Shown piece by piece: positions 32,009-42,634 of a DNA stretch of 64,000 nt; position 1 is the first letter of the stretch; the number at the start of each line of letters is the position of its first letter. A model generated the notes under the pieces. That model was given only the letters and a program-made list of their open reading frames with translations, had not been told where the DNA came from and made no database searches. The stretch is from Sulfurospirillum sp. GTDB lineage: Bacteria > Campylobacterota > Campylobacteria > Campylobacterales > Sulfurospirillaceae. The stretch is from positions 32,666 through 96,665 of the forward strand of contig JASFYR010000013.1 of NCBI GenBank assembly GCA_045047115.1, read 5' to 3'. The position numbers and the translations under genes are program-made.

Positions 32009-32734
32009 CTAGGTTTTTCTATATTTTGCAATCCAAAAATTATATATAACCCTAAAAAGTCCATAAAACAGATATGCAGTTATAATTACTGTTATACTCT
32101 CTATTGGAAATACATAGACAACAGAAAATACCATTATAAGGTAAATTAGAACTTTTAAAAGATTTTGTTTCTCCAAATCTATCTTTTTAAAGCTTGGATA
32201 TCTTATATTACTTACCATTAAAAACGATAAAATACCAATTCCAAAAACTATAATAAAATCAAAATTTCTAAAAAATAGATACTTTTCATGCATCAAAGTC
32301 CACATTGCCAAAATAACTGCCGCAGTAGGGATAGGCACACCTATAAATACCGAAGGCTCACTGACTCCGACCATCACATTAAACCTTGCAAGCCTTATGG
32401 CACCAAAAACAACATACATAGCAGTTAGCAAAGAGCCTACTTTGCCATAATTTACCCCAACACTATAGTAAAAAAGCATAGCCGGAGCAACCCCAAAAGC
32501 TACTATATCGGCCAAGGAATCAAACTCTGCTCCAAACTTACTTGTAGTTTTTGTAAGTCTTGCAACTCTTCCGTCAAGTCCATCAAAAACCAAAGATATA
32601 AGTATAAATATAGCTGCTTTTTCAAAGTCACCTTTCACCGATGCCAACACACTGATAACACCAACAAAAGCACTAGCGGCAGTAAAAAGATTTGGAATGA
32701 TATAAATAAGCTGGGGTTTGTTACTGTTTATCAT
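32009..32734 (-). CDS. pssA: CDP-diacylglycerol--serine O-phosphatidyltransferase
   Basis: PNLFT, DGLDGRVAR...G.EFDSLAD and RLARFN. Confidence 0.95.
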   Translation of the reverse strand: MINSNKPQLIYIIPNLFTAASAFVGVISVLASVKGDFEKAAIFILISLVFDGLDGRVARLTKTTSKFGAEFDSLADIVAFGVAPAMLFYYSVGVNYGKVGSLLTAMYVVFGAIRLARFNVMVGVSEPSVFIGVPIPTAAVILAMWTLMHEKYLFFRNFDFIIVFGIGILSFLMVSNIRYPSFKKIDLEKQNLLKVLIYLIMVFSVVYVFPIESITVIITAYLFYGLFRVIYNFWIAKYRKT

Positions 32735-33380
32735 CTTTAGCACCATAGGCAAAGTATCCAAGAACACTCTCACCTGCTCTGACACTGTCTCCCAAGCTAA
32801 CTTTAATCCTCGTATCTATCGGCAAAAGCAGCTCAACACTACCATCAAGCAACAAACCAAATCTTTGGGCAAATTTCAAAGGTCCTATACTTTTGAAAAG
32901 CTCTATGCCTATACTAAACATACCGGCTGTGACAACCATAAACATAGGTCTAAATTCGGAGTCTAGCTTTACTATCGTCCTCTCTCCTAGCTTTTTGGAA
33001 AGTGGGCTCTCTATGCTTAGAAGAAGCCCATGTATTTTTTTTACATTAGATATATTTGCCAGCATTGGCGATCTTAGTATCGACATGTTCCATATATTTT
33101 TTCTAATTTCAAGTTTCAAGAACTCTTTTCCGTCTTGAAAGATGACTTTGGATATATCTACAACACTTCCATCAGCTGGAGCTAAAAGTGCCATTTTATC
33201 ATCCTCTGCTGGAATTCTTTCAAAATTTCTATATATAAATATGGTCAGTAGAAAAAGAGTTAAAAATACCCACTCAAGAAAATTTAAATATAAAGAAAAA
33301 AGGAAAAAAAGACCAAACAATCCAACATACTTCCACCCCTCTTTGGCTATAAGTTCTGTCGTAGTATGCGTCTTTATCAT
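32721..33380 (-). CDS. Phosphatidylserine decarboxylase-related protein, probably inactive
   Basis: IAKEGW, RNFERIP, APADG and GDSVRAGESVLG; catalytic motifs are degenerate. Confidence 0.75.
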   Translation of the reverse strand: MIKTHTTTELIAKEGWKYVGLFGLFFLFSLYLNFLEWVFLTLFLLTIFIYRNFERIPAEDDKMALLAPADGSVVDISKVIFQDGKEFLKLEIRKNIWNMSILRSPMLANISNVKKIHGLLLSIESPLSKKLGERTIVKLDSEFRPMFMVVTAGMFSIGIELFKSIGPLKFAQRFGLLLDGSVELLLPIDTRIKVSLGDSVRAGESVLGYFAYGAKDDKQ

Positions 33381-33381
33381 C

Positions 33382-35337
33382 CTAGCTCTCTTTTTTATCT
33401 TCTGATTCTTCTCTCTCTTTAAAGTGCATAAGAGTTGGCATATCGTTCTCTTTCTCAAATGCTGATATTATCTCTCTTAACTTCTCTCCGTCTATGGTTT
33501 CATACTCTCTTAGCTCTGATACAATTCTCTCTATGCACTCTTTATATGTCTCCAATCTCTTTTTAACTACTTTATATCTTTCATCCAAAAGAGAGATGAT
33601 ATAGTTATCAAGATTTTCAGCCATTTTCTCGCTATACTCTTTAGAGCTAACACCCGTTAAAAAAGTATTTCGTTGCTTTTCAAGCACCATAAGTCCGGCA
33701 ACATTACTCATACCATAAATTCCTACCATAGATTTGACTATATCTGTAGCTCTCTCCAAATCATTTCCTGCCCCAGTTGAAATCTCTCCTAAAAAAACTT
33801 CTTCTGCACAACGACCGCCCAAAAGAACATCGATCTCTGCGATAAGCTCATGTTTTTGCATTAAAAATTTATTCTCTTCAGGGGTATTTAGGGTATATCC
33901 AAGTGCTGCCAAACCTCTTGGAATAATAGATACCTTAGAGACGCTTTTAGCACCTTTTGTTGTTTCAGCTATAAGTGCATGTCCACTCTCGTGATATGCT
34001 ACTATTTTTTTCTCTTTTGGATTTATTCTTCTGCTTTTTTTCTCCAGTCCGGCTATAGCTCTCTCTACTGCTTCTACCATATCTTTTTGCTCTACATACT
34101 CTTTGGTTTTTCTTCCAGCCAAAAGAGCAGCTTCATTGATGATATTTGCCAAATCCGCACCAGCTAAACCAGCTGTAAGTCTCGCTATCTCTTTAAGATT
34201 TATATCTTTTGCAAGTTTGATATCTGTTATATGAACTTTCAGTATATCAATCCTGCCTTGAAAATCAGGCTTGTCAACAAGTACTTGTCTGTCGAATCTT
34301 CCCGGTCTTAAAAGTGCAGCGTCTAAAACTTCGGGTCTATTTGTAGCTGCAAGCACAATCACAGGTGATTTATCCGAGCTAAATCCATCCATCTCTGCTA
34401 GAAGTTGGTTTAGAGTCTGCTCTCTCTCATCATTTCCGCCCATCTGCCCATTTGCTGCTCTGCTTTTTCCTATGGCATCAATTTCATCTATAAAAACAAT
34501 AGCTGGCGCCTCTTTTTTTGCATTTTCAAAAAGATCTCTAACTCTGCTTGCTCCGACTCCAACAAACATCTCTATAAAAGATGATCCTGAAACAGAGAAA
34601 AACGGAACATCAGCTTCACCTGCAACCGCTTTTGCAAGAAGAGTCTTTCCTGTACCCGGAGGTCCCACTAAAAGCACACCTTTAGGAATCTTTGCACCTA
34701 AATTTATATATTTGTCAGGATGCTTTAAAAAATCAACTATCTCTTTGACTTCCTCTTTGGCCTCTTGGACACCTGCAACATTTTCAAATTTTACATTTGG
34801 CTTTTCAGAATTAACAAGCTTTTTACTGCTTCCCATCCCAAGAATTCCACCACCCATATTTTTTTGCATTCTGTTTGCCAAAAGCATCCAAATACCAAAA
34901 AATATAAATATAGGTAAAACCCATGAAAAAAGAATTTCAGTAAAAATATTTGTCTCATTATATCCGCCATATGGTATCTTCTTTGCCTCAAGCTGAGATA
35001 TAAGGTTATTGTCTCCTGCTACTTTTTTTACTATATACACATCTTTTGATGATCCATTTTGCTTATAGGCTCTTATCGTAGTTTGACCAATTGCGACATA
35101 ACTCAAATCACCCTTTTTAACCATCTCTTTAAACTGAAAATAATTTATATTTTTAGTGATGGTATTTGTGGATTGCTTTATAGAATTACCTATCATGCCA
35201 TCATTTGGAGTTATAAAATTTTTAAATATCACAATTATCACTATCGAGAAAATTGCAAAAACTATCAAAGGATTTTGATTAAAAAAGTTATTATTGCCTT
35301 TTTTATTCGTGTCTTTTCTATTATCATTTAGTGCCAT
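33382..35337 (-). CDS. ftsH: ATP-dependent zinc metalloprotease FtsH
   Basis: Two TM helices, GPPGTGKT, AAA SRH and HESGH. Confidence 0.98.
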   Translation of the reverse strand: MALNDNRKDTNKKGNNNFFNQNPLIVFAIFSIVIIVIFKNFITPNDGMIGNSIKQSTNTITKNINYFQFKEMVKKGDLSYVAIGQTTIRAYKQNGSSKDVYIVKKVAGDNNLISQLEAKKIPYGGYNETNIFTEILFSWVLPIFIFFGIWMLLANRMQKNMGGGILGMGSSKKLVNSEKPNVKFENVAGVQEAKEEVKEIVDFLKHPDKYINLGAKIPKGVLLVGPPGTGKTLLAKAVAGEADVPFFSVSGSSFIEMFVGVGASRVRDLFENAKKEAPAIVFIDEIDAIGKSRAANGQMGGNDEREQTLNQLLAEMDGFSSDKSPVIVLAATNRPEVLDAALLRPGRFDRQVLVDKPDFQGRIDILKVHITDIKLAKDINLKEIARLTAGLAGADLANIINEAALLAGRKTKEYVEQKDMVEAVERAIAGLEKKSRRINPKEKKIVAYHESGHALIAETTKGAKSVSKVSIIPRGLAALGYTLNTPEENKFLMQKHELIAEIDVLLGGRCAEEVFLGEISTGAGNDLERATDIVKSMVGIYGMSNVAGLMVLEKQRNTFLTGVSSKEYSEKMAENLDNYIISLLDERYKVVKKRLETYKECIERIVSELREYETIDGEKLREIISAFEKENDMPTLMHFKEREESEDKKES

Positions 35338-35340
35338 TTA

Positions 35341-36165
35341 TTACCTTTTTAAAACCAATGTAAACCATTCATTTTTTTTATATTTTTCTACAAGTTTCAT
35401 CTCGGAAAATTTGTCCTCAACTCTTTGTATATACTTATCCAAAATACCCGAAAGTATCAGATAACCATCTTTTTTGACGCTACTTTTTAATTCACTACTC
35501 AGCATAATCAAAACATCAGCTATAATATTTGCAACAACAGCGTCATAAGTGTGTTTTCGCTTACCAACTGAACCAACCCATGAGGAGTTAAATTTTACTC
35601 CATTTTGAAAAAAATTCTCTTCTGAGCTCTGCAAAGCCTGCTCATCTGTATCGCAGATATCAACAGTTGCTTCGAGTTTAGCAGCAACAATGCCAAGTAT
35701 ACCGCTTCCACATCCTACATCTAAAAGAGTATCATTCTTTTTTAAATACTTTTGCAACATAAGAATGCATCCATATGTGCTTTCATGATGACCAGAGCCA
35801 AATGCAAGTGCAGGATTTATGATTATATCTATCTTGGAATTATCCGATTTTTCCCAATCGGGTCTAATATAAAAATTCCCTACGCCAACAGGCTGTATCG
35901 AATCTTTGTATTTTTGTATCCAATCTTCATTCTGTTTTATTTTTAATTCTGTTTTAAGTTCTATTTTTCGATTTAATTTTTCTGACAGTTTCTTTGCATA
36001 TTCATCTAATGCAAACACCAGCATATCCAAGGAATCTTCACTTCTTACAATTATAGTGCCATTTTTTTCTTCTATTGCATCAAAATTCAAGGCAAAAATA
36101 AAATCTATGATATATTCAAATCCGGCACTAGGAGCAACACAAAGTTCGTTGTAGGTTTTACGCAT
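35341..36165 (-). CDS. prmA: Ribosomal protein L11 methyltransferase
   Basis: PALAFGSGHHEST, LDVGCGSGIL and VANIIA. Confidence 0.95.
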   Translation of the reverse strand: MRKTYNELCVAPSAGFEYIIDFIFALNFDAIEEKNGTIIVRSEDSLDMLVFALDEYAKKLSEKLNRKIELKTELKIKQNEDWIQKYKDSIQPVGVGNFYIRPDWEKSDNSKIDIIINPALAFGSGHHESTYGCILMLQKYLKKNDTLLDVGCGSGILGIVAAKLEATVDICDTDEQALQSSEENFFQNGVKFNSSWVGSVGKRKHTYDAVVANIIADVLIMLSSELKSSVKKDGYLILSGILDKYIQRVEDKFSEMKLVEKYKKNEWFTLVLKR

Positions 36166-36168
36166 ATA

Positions 36169-36534
36169 TCAACCCAATACATCCTCTAGTTTCTCTTTCA
36201 AAACCTGTGGGGTAAAAGGCTTCACAATGTAGTTATTGACTCCTGCTCTAAGAGCTGTAATCACCTCGGCTTTTCCACCCTCGGTTGTAACCATGATGAT
36301 TGGCATATCTTCATATTTTGATTCAGCTCTCACCTTTTTGACAAGCTCTAGTCCATTCATCTCCGGCATATTCCAGTCCGTAATAAGCATATCAATATCA
36401 CTATTTTCTTTCATAACTTGCCAAGCCGCAACACCATGTTCTGCTTCAAGAACATCTTTGTATCCCAACCTTGCTAATGTATTTTTTATAATTCTTCGCA
36501 TTGTCGAGCTATCATCCACTACTAACAATCTCAA
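36169..36534 (-). CDS. cheY: Chemotaxis response regulator CheY
   Basis: VDDSSTMRRII, TDWNMPEMNG and YIVKPF; cheY-prmA-ftsH order. Confidence 0.93.
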   Translation of the reverse strand: MRLLVVDDSSTMRRIIKNTLARLGYKDVLEAEHGVAAWQVMKENSDIDMLITDWNMPEMNGLELVKKVRAESKYEDMPIIMVTTEGGKAEVITALRAGVNNYIVKPFTPQVLKEKLEDVLG

Positions 36535-36580
36535 TATAAATCCTTTAGTATCTTATTTTGAGTTAATATTTTAGCTTATT

Positions 36581-37294
36581 TTAGTTTGAAGTTACTTTAA
36601 ACGCCTCTTTTAACTTTATTGTGCCTTCATAAAAAGCTTTGCCTACTATCACTCCTGAAATTTCTTTTGTTTCGTTTAATTTAACTATGTCGCTCAAATC
36701 TTTAACACCGCCACTAGCTATGGTATCTACCTTTGATGCCCTTGCAATCTCTAATGTAAAATCAACATTGACACCACTAAGCATACCGTCTTTTGCAACA
36801 TCTGTACAGATGATGGCTTCAACTCCTGCATCTGCAAACTCTTTTGCCAATTGAGTTGCTTTCATAGAAGATTTTTCTGCCCAGCCCTCAACTGCTACAA
36901 ATCCGTCTATCGCATCGATACCGACTACAACTCTGTATTTTTGAGACATTTTTTTTACAAAATCAGGATTTTTCAGAGCAATTGAGCCAAGTATTAGTCT
37001 ATCAATTCCCAAATCTACATATCTCTTAATAGTATCTTCATCTCTTATACCACCGCCCAGTTCCAAATTGAGATTGCAATTTTCTCTTATCTTTTTTATC
37101 TGCTCTAAATTCTTTGGCTCTCCTGCAAATGCACCGTTTAAATCAACTAAATGCACCCACTTTGAACCTAGCTCTTCAAATTTTTTAGCTACTTGCCAAG
37201 GCTCATTTGAATAGATCTTCGCACTATCCATTAAACCTTTTGTCAATCTCACTGCTTGCCCGTCTTTCAAATCAATTGCCGGTAAAATATCCAT
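36581..37294 (-). CDS. hisA: ProFAR isomerase
   Basis: [21 protein letters not shown] and ASGGV. Confidence 0.96.
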   Translation of the reverse strand: MDILPAIDLKDGQAVRLTKGLMDSAKIYSNEPWQVAKKFEELGSKWVHLVDLNGAFAGEPKNLEQIKKIRENCNLNLELGGGIRDEDTIKRYVDLGIDRLILGSIALKNPDFVKKMSQKYRVVVGIDAIDGFVAVEGWAEKSSMKATQLAKEFADAGVEAIICTDVAKDGMLSGVNVDFTLEIARASKVDTIASGGVKDLSDIVKLNETKEISGVIVGKAFYEGTIKLKEAFKVTSN

Positions 37295-37295
37295 G

Positions 37296-37907
37296 CTATA
37301 ACTCCACAAAATTTTTAAGTATTTTCAAGCCATTATCATGTGATTTTTCTGGATGAGGCTGAAAACCAAATATATTTTCTCTTTGCACTATGCTTGGAAA
37401 ATCATAACCATAAGTTGTTTTTGCCACGATAAATTCACCTGCACATGTAGCGTGAAAGCTGTGTACAAAGTAGAGATATGTCTCCTCCTCTATACCATTT
37501 AGCAGAGGTGATTCTTTTTGGATAAATATCTCATTCCACCCCATATGAGGTACTTTCAATCTACTCTGAAATTTAGTTTTATCAAACTTGACAACTTTTC
37601 CCTCAATCAAACCCAAGCCATCAGTCTCACCAAACTCATAGCTCTTATCAAAAAGAAGCTGCATCCCCAAGCAGATACCAAGAAGAGGCTTACCTCTTTT
37701 TGAAAAATCCAAAATAGCTTCTTTCATGCCACCTTTTTGAAGAGAGGCCATAGCATCACCAAATGCTCCAACTCCAGGTAGAATTATCTTATCATACTCT
37801 TTAAGCTTAGAAGCATCTTTTATAATATCAACTTTTTTTCCAATCTTTTCAAAAGCATTATAGACACTCCGAAGATTGCCCATATTGTAATCAACAACAC
37901 CTATCAT
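37296..37907 (-). CDS. hisH: Imidazole glycerol phosphate synthase glutaminase subunit
   Basis: [23 protein letters not shown] and HPEKS. Confidence 0.96.
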   Translation of the reverse strand: MIGVVDYNMGNLRSVYNAFEKIGKKVDIIKDASKLKEYDKIILPGVGAFGDAMASLQKGGMKEAILDFSKRGKPLLGICLGMQLLFDKSYEFGETDGLGLIEGKVVKFDKTKFQSRLKVPHMGWNEIFIQKESPLLNGIEEETYLYFVHSFHATCAGEFIVAKTTYGYDFPSIVQRENIFGFQPHPEKSHDNGLKILKNFVEL

Positions 37908-39274
37908 TCCAGCTCTTCTTTTGCTTTTTTGATTAGGGTGTTTATCTTCTGCTCATACTCTTTTGCTTTTATCTCGTCTGTGGACTCAAATCTAGTGACT
38001 AAAACCGGAGTAGTATTGCTCGCTCGCACCAAACCCCAACCATCGTCAAATATAATCCTCACTCCATCTACATCTACTATTTTTTTTATATGAGGAAAAC
38101 CACTTGGTGGATTTTTTAATAATTCTTTGACTTTTTTTACCAATGGAAATTTCTCACTCTCACTGGTCTCTACTTTTATCTCTTCAGTAGAATAAACCTT
38201 TGGTAAAGCCTCTATCTCCTTGTCCACATCCAAACCATTCTTTATAAGCTCTATCATCCTCAACGAAGCATATACAGCATCATCATAACCAAAATATCTG
38301 TCATTAAAAAAGAGATGTCCACTCACTTCTGCTGCAAAATCTGCATTTAGCTCTGCAATTTTTACTTTCAGGTTACTATGTCCTGTCTTGTACATCACAG
38401 CCTTTCCATAAGAATTAATAGTATCATACATCACTTGTGAACATTTCACTTCACCGATAACAGTTGGATTTTTCATGGATTTAGAGAAGAGTATCGCCAT
38501 GATATCGCCTTTGACATTATGTTTTTTTGTCAAAAATGCGATCCTGTCGGCATCTCCGTCATAAGCAAATCCAAATTCAAACTCACCTTTTAACTCTCTT
38601 TTTATGTCTATTAAGTTTTTCTCAACGGTAGGGTCAGGGTGGTGATTTGGAAATGTTCCATCTGGCTCGGTAAAAAGACTCTTATAATCAAAACCCAAAT
38701 TATCAAAAATCTGTGGCGCAACAACTCCCGCGACTCCATTTCCGCAATCTATAACAAACTTTTTATCAAATCCTTTTAAATGCTCAAACTCTTTGGATAG
38801 AAAATCTATGTATCTCTGCTTTGCATTGATGAGTACACAAGTTGTATCATCTTTAACTTTAAAATCTATATTTTCCAAAATCTCATCGCCTAGTGCATAA
38901 ATATCCTCTCCAAAAAAAGGTTTTCTATCTATGGTAATTTTAAATCCGTTGTACTCGCTTGGATTGTGCGAACCTGTTATCATGACTGTTGCATCAGGAG
39001 TAATTCCACCCCACTCTTGAAAATTTGCAAAGTAGTTTACCGGAGTTGCCACCAAACCCATATTTAAAACCTTACAGCCTGCATTATTAAAACCGCTTAT
39101 AAGGTAATCACAAAGCAAGGGAGAGTGGCTCCTTGCATCATAACCGATAGCCACAACAGAGCCAATTTTTTTGACTCTAAGACCTAAAAAATAGCCGATT
39201 AATTTTGTCATCTGCTCATTTAACTCTTTTTCAAAAACTCCTCTTATGTCATACTCTCTAAAGATTGATTTCAT
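37904..39274 (-). CDS. Phosphomannomutase/phosphoglucomutase (AlgC type)
   Basis: FREYDIRG, TGSHNP, DGDADR and RASNT. Confidence 0.93.
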   Translation of the reverse strand: MKSIFREYDIRGVFEKELNEQMTKLIGYFLGLRVKKIGSVVAIGYDARSHSPLLCDYLISGFNNAGCKVLNMGLVATPVNYFANFQEWGGITPDATVMITGSHNPSEYNGFKITIDRKPFFGEDIYALGDEILENIDFKVKDDTTCVLINAKQRYIDFLSKEFEHLKGFDKKFVIDCGNGVAGVVAPQIFDNLGFDYKSLFTEPDGTFPNHHPDPTVEKNLIDIKRELKGEFEFGFAYDGDADRIAFLTKKHNVKGDIMAILFSKSMKNPTVIGEVKCSQVMYDTINSYGKAVMYKTGHSNLKVKIAELNADFAAEVSGHLFFNDRYFGYDDAVYASLRMIELIKNGLDVDKEIEALPKVYSTEEIKVETSESEKFPLVKKVKELLKNPPSGFPHIKKIVDVDGVRIIFDDGWGLVRASNTTPVLVTRFESTDEIKAKEYEQKINTLIKKAKEELE

Positions 39275-40037
39275 GATTTGCCGCTTCCTTAAATATTTTT
39301 GTATATGATTTATTATCATCTAATAACTCACCCATTATATCCAAGCTTCGTTTAAAATCCTCTACTATGAGATTTCCTTTTAGAAGTTCGTACTTAAGAT
39401 AGAGCCAGTAGGTGTTTAAGACATCGCTTTCGCAATACTCTTTTATCTGTCTTAACTCTCCCCTGTAGTACATATCCATCACTTGATCACCTTTGACATC
39501 AAATTTTCCCGGTGCACCAATCATAGAGCATAAGGTATCCAATTTCAAACCCCTTGTTGCCCCAAACTCACTGATGTGATCCATCAAATCTATATGAAAT
39601 TTATCAGAAAATCGGTATCTGTAATTATCCCATTTACTCTTACCCAACTCCCTGTTTTCAACTTCAAAATAGGCTCTGCATGTAAGGTTATATTTCATAG
39701 CTCTTATCATCAAAAGAGGCACATCAAAACTTCTCCCATTAAAACTGACAAGCTTTGGGTTATGAGAGTCTAAAAATCTCAAAAAAGCTTTTATCATCCC
39801 CTCTTCACTCTCTCCATCCATAGAGCTAACCTTTTGAAAAACTCCAAAATCATCAGAGATAACCGCTGAAATAGCCACAATCTTATGATAAGGCAGAGGC
39901 AAAAAGCTACTTCCGCTCTTGGCTTCTTGCTCACCCATAGCTATATTTGAAACCTCTACATCACTGCCTTCTATATGTAAAGTAGTCCTTATCAAATCAG
40001 CATCAGGAATCGTCTCTATATCAAATACACATATCAT
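39258..40037 (-). CDS. Stand-alone PolB-like 3'-5' exonuclease (WlaX-like)
   Basis: DEDDy motifs VFDIET, FNGRSFD and YCESD; divergent from waaC. Confidence 0.85.
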   Translation of the reverse strand: MICVFDIETIPDADLIRTTLHIEGSDVEVSNIAMGEQEAKSGSSFLPLPYHKIVAISAVISDDFGVFQKVSSMDGESEEGMIKAFLRFLDSHNPKLVSFNGRSFDVPLLMIRAMKYNLTCRAYFEVENRELGKSKWDNYRYRFSDKFHIDLMDHISEFGATRGLKLDTLCSMIGAPGKFDVKGDQVMDMYYRGELRQIKEYCESDVLNTYWLYLKYELLKGNLIVEDFKRSLDIMGELLDDNKSYTKIFKEAANHEINL

Positions 40038-40095
40038 TTAGTCCCCTTTTAGCCTTATTTTGATACAATTATACCTTAAAATTAGAAGGATATAA

Positions 40096-41058
40096 ATGAA
40101 ATTGGCTATTGTAAAACTCTCAGCTCTTGGTGATATTGTTCATGCTATGGTAGTTTTACAGTATATAAAAAAAAATATACCGAATACTCTTATAGATTGG
40201 TTTGCAGAAGAGCAATTTTGTGAAGTCTTAAATCATAATCCTCATATAAATAATATATATAAAACCAATCTAAAAGACAACAAAAAAGGAATTTTAAAAG
40301 AGTATAAAAAACTAAAAAGGATATCTGATAAGGAAAGTTACGATTTAGTTATCGACTTACAAGGTCTTATGAAATCAGCAATAATCTGCAAGATATTAGG
40401 AGGCGAGATAGCAGGCTTTGATAAAAATTCAATAAGAGAGCCGTTAGCTTCGCTTTTTTACACAAAAACATTTTGCATACCTTATGAGGAAAATATAATA
40501 AAAAGAAATCTAAAACTAGTATCTCAAGCTTTAAATTTTGATATACCGGTTTTGCAAGATAAAGAGGCTTTTCTCTATTCAAGCAGTGTACAAAATTACA
40601 AGCCTACTTTGCTTATAATAACTGGCTCTTCTTGGAAAAGTAAAATCTACCCCAAGGAGCACTTCGTCAAAATCATAAATGCTCTTGATGTAAAAACTCT
40701 GGTTGCCTGGGGGAATTCAAAAGAAGAAGAAGATGCTAAATATATTTGTGGCAACACAAAAGCAAAACTTCTTCCAAAACTAAACTTGGATGAGTTAAAA
40801 AACCTTATAGCAAATAGTAACCTAACTATTGGGGCAGATAGCGGACCAACACACATGGCTTGGGCTCTTAACAGGCCTAGTATAACTATATTCGGACCAA
40901 CTCCAAGCTGGAGAAACTGCCTGGAAACAGATATAAATATAAGTATTGACTGCAAGAACAAGATAGATGCTAAAAAATTAGATAAAGCCGATATGTGTAT
41001 AAGAGATATCAATCCACAAGAGATTATAAATATGGCAAAAAAGCTTTTAAAGTGTTAG
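40096..41058 (+). CDS. waaC: LPS heptosyltransferase I
   Basis: KLSALGDIVH, DLQGLMKSA and DSGPTHMA. Confidence 0.92.
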   Translation: MKLAIVKLSALGDIVHAMVVLQYIKKNIPNTLIDWFAEEQFCEVLNHNPHINNIYKTNLKDNKKGILKEYKKLKRISDKESYDLVIDLQGLMKSAIICKILGGEIAGFDKNSIREPLASLFYTKTFCIPYEENIIKRNLKLVSQALNFDIPVLQDKEAFLYSSSVQNYKPTLLIITGSSWKSKIYPKEHFVKIINALDVKTLVAWGNSKEEEDAKYICGNTKAKLLPKLNLDELKNLIANSNLTIGADSGPTHMAWALNRPSITIFGPTPSWRNCLETDINISIDCKNKIDAKKLDKADMCIRDINPQEIINMAKKLLKC

Positions 41059-41945
41059 ACTCTATATATCTTTTGCTCTTTCATATTTTTATTTTTATAG
41101 TTAAATATACCCCTAGATTTATAAGTGATAGCATTTTAAATTTTCTAGCATTTTTAGCATACAAATTAGATAAAAGGCACAAAAAAATAGCGCAAGTAAA
41201 TCTTGATTTAGCATATGAAAAGACTATGCCTCAAGAAGAAAAAACACGCATAATAAAAAAATGCTATAAAAATCTTTTATACAATATGAGAGACTTTGTT
41301 TATAATCAAAACAGCACTCAAAAAGAGTTATTAGCTAAAGTGGTGATGCATAATGAACATTTTTATACAAAGATTAAAAAAAAAGGAGAAAGCGTAATTT
41401 TTGTAACTGCCCACTATGGAAATTGGGAACTTTTACCACTTTGCATGGGAGCTAAATTTGGCAATCTTTGGGGAGTAGGAAGAAATTTAGATTCACAAAA
41501 GATGAATGAGATTTTACAAAAGAACAGAAACCAATTTAATGTTAACATGTTAGAAAAAACTGGAGCAATCAAAGGCTTGATGAAAGCAATAAAAAATGGA
41601 GATAATGTCGGATTACTAGTAGATCAAAATACCAATAGCAAAGAGGGTATTCTTATAGATTTTTTTGGGAAAAAAGCACGACATACCCCATCTGCTGCAC
41701 TAATATCAAGAAAAATGCAGACTCCCATAATTCCAGTTTTTATAACAACAAATGACCACAAATCATACGATATAACTTTTTGTGAACCCATACTTACAAA
41801 AAAAACAGACAACAGCGAAAAGGACATAAGAAAAAGTGTTCAAGCACAGGCCGATATAACCCAAAAAATGATAGAAAAAAAACCAGACGAATGGTTTTGG
41901 CTGCACCGAAGATGGAAAAACCAATACGAGGAACTATATAAGTGA
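41052..41945 (+). CDS. htrB: Lipid A late acyltransferase
   Basis: HYGNWE, VDQ and WFWLHRRWK; GTG start chosen. Confidence 0.9.
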   Translation: MLDSIYLLLFHIFIFIVKYTPRFISDSILNFLAFLAYKLDKRHKKIAQVNLDLAYEKTMPQEEKTRIIKKCYKNLLYNMRDFVYNQNSTQKELLAKVVMHNEHFYTKIKKKGESVIFVTAHYGNWELLPLCMGAKFGNLWGVGRNLDSQKMNEILQKNRNQFNVNMLEKTGAIKGLMKAIKNGDNVGLLVDQNTNSKEGILIDFFGKKARHTPSAALISRKMQTPIIPVFITTNDHKSYDITFCEPILTKKTDNSEKDIRKSVQAQADITQKMIEKKPDEWFWLHRRWKNQYEELYK

Positions 41946-42634
41946 AAATCTCTATAGTAATTTTAACTTTTAACTCACAAAAATATCTCCAAAAAGTTTT
42001 AAATTCATGCTTGTTTGCGGATGAAATATTAATAGTTGATTCAGGCTCAAGCGATGAAACTCTAAATATAGCAAAAACTTTTAGCAATGTTAAAACAGTT
42101 CAGCAAAAATGGCTAGGATTTGGAAAGCAAAAACAAGCAGGAGTTGATGCTTGTAAAAATGATTGGGTATTTGTGCTTGATAGTGATGAAGTTATCACGA
42201 AAGAATTAAGAGAAGAGATTCTAGCAGACACTTTGATATATAAGGCTTATTTTGTACCAAGATTAAACTATTTTTTTGGAAAACCTATTAGACACTGTGG
42301 ACTATATCCTGATATAACTTTGAGGTTTTTTGATAAAAATTTTGCAAAATTTAGTGAAGATGAAGTACATGAAAAAGTTATCACTAAAGAAAAAACTGCT
42401 ATACTAAAAAATCATATGTTGCATTTTGCCTATGAAAATATAGAAGAATTTATAGCCAAACAAAACAAATACTCTAGTTTAAACAAGAAACAAAACATCT
42501 TTAAGGCTATCTTTAATCCATATTGGACTTTTTTTAAAATTTATTTTCTGAGATTAGGTTTTCTTGAGGGAAAAAGTGGTTTTATAATAGCAAAATTATA
42601 TGCACAATACACATTTTGGAAGTATATAAAATGA
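41942..42634 (+). CDS. GT2 glycosyltransferase (WaaE/KdtX-like)
   Basis: DSGSSD, WLGFGKQK, LDSDE and VHE. Confidence 0.88.
   Translation: MKISIVILTFNSQKYLQKVLNSCLFADEILIVDSGSSDETLNIAKTFSNVKTVQQKWLGFGKQKQAGVDACKNDWVFVLDSDEVITKELREEILADTLIYKAYFVPRLNYFFGKPIRHCGLYPDITLRFFDKNFAKFSEDEVHEKVITKEKTAILKNHMLHFAYENIEEFIAKQNKYSSLNKKQNIFKAIFNPYWTFFKIYFLRLGFLEGKSGFIIAKLYAQYTFWKYIK

Noticed and set aside
34271..34996. 241-aa antisense ORF inside ftsH, and the many other antisense ORFs in the track
   Set aside because: Shadow frames of conserved genes with Ser/Phe/Ile-rich composition and no motifs.
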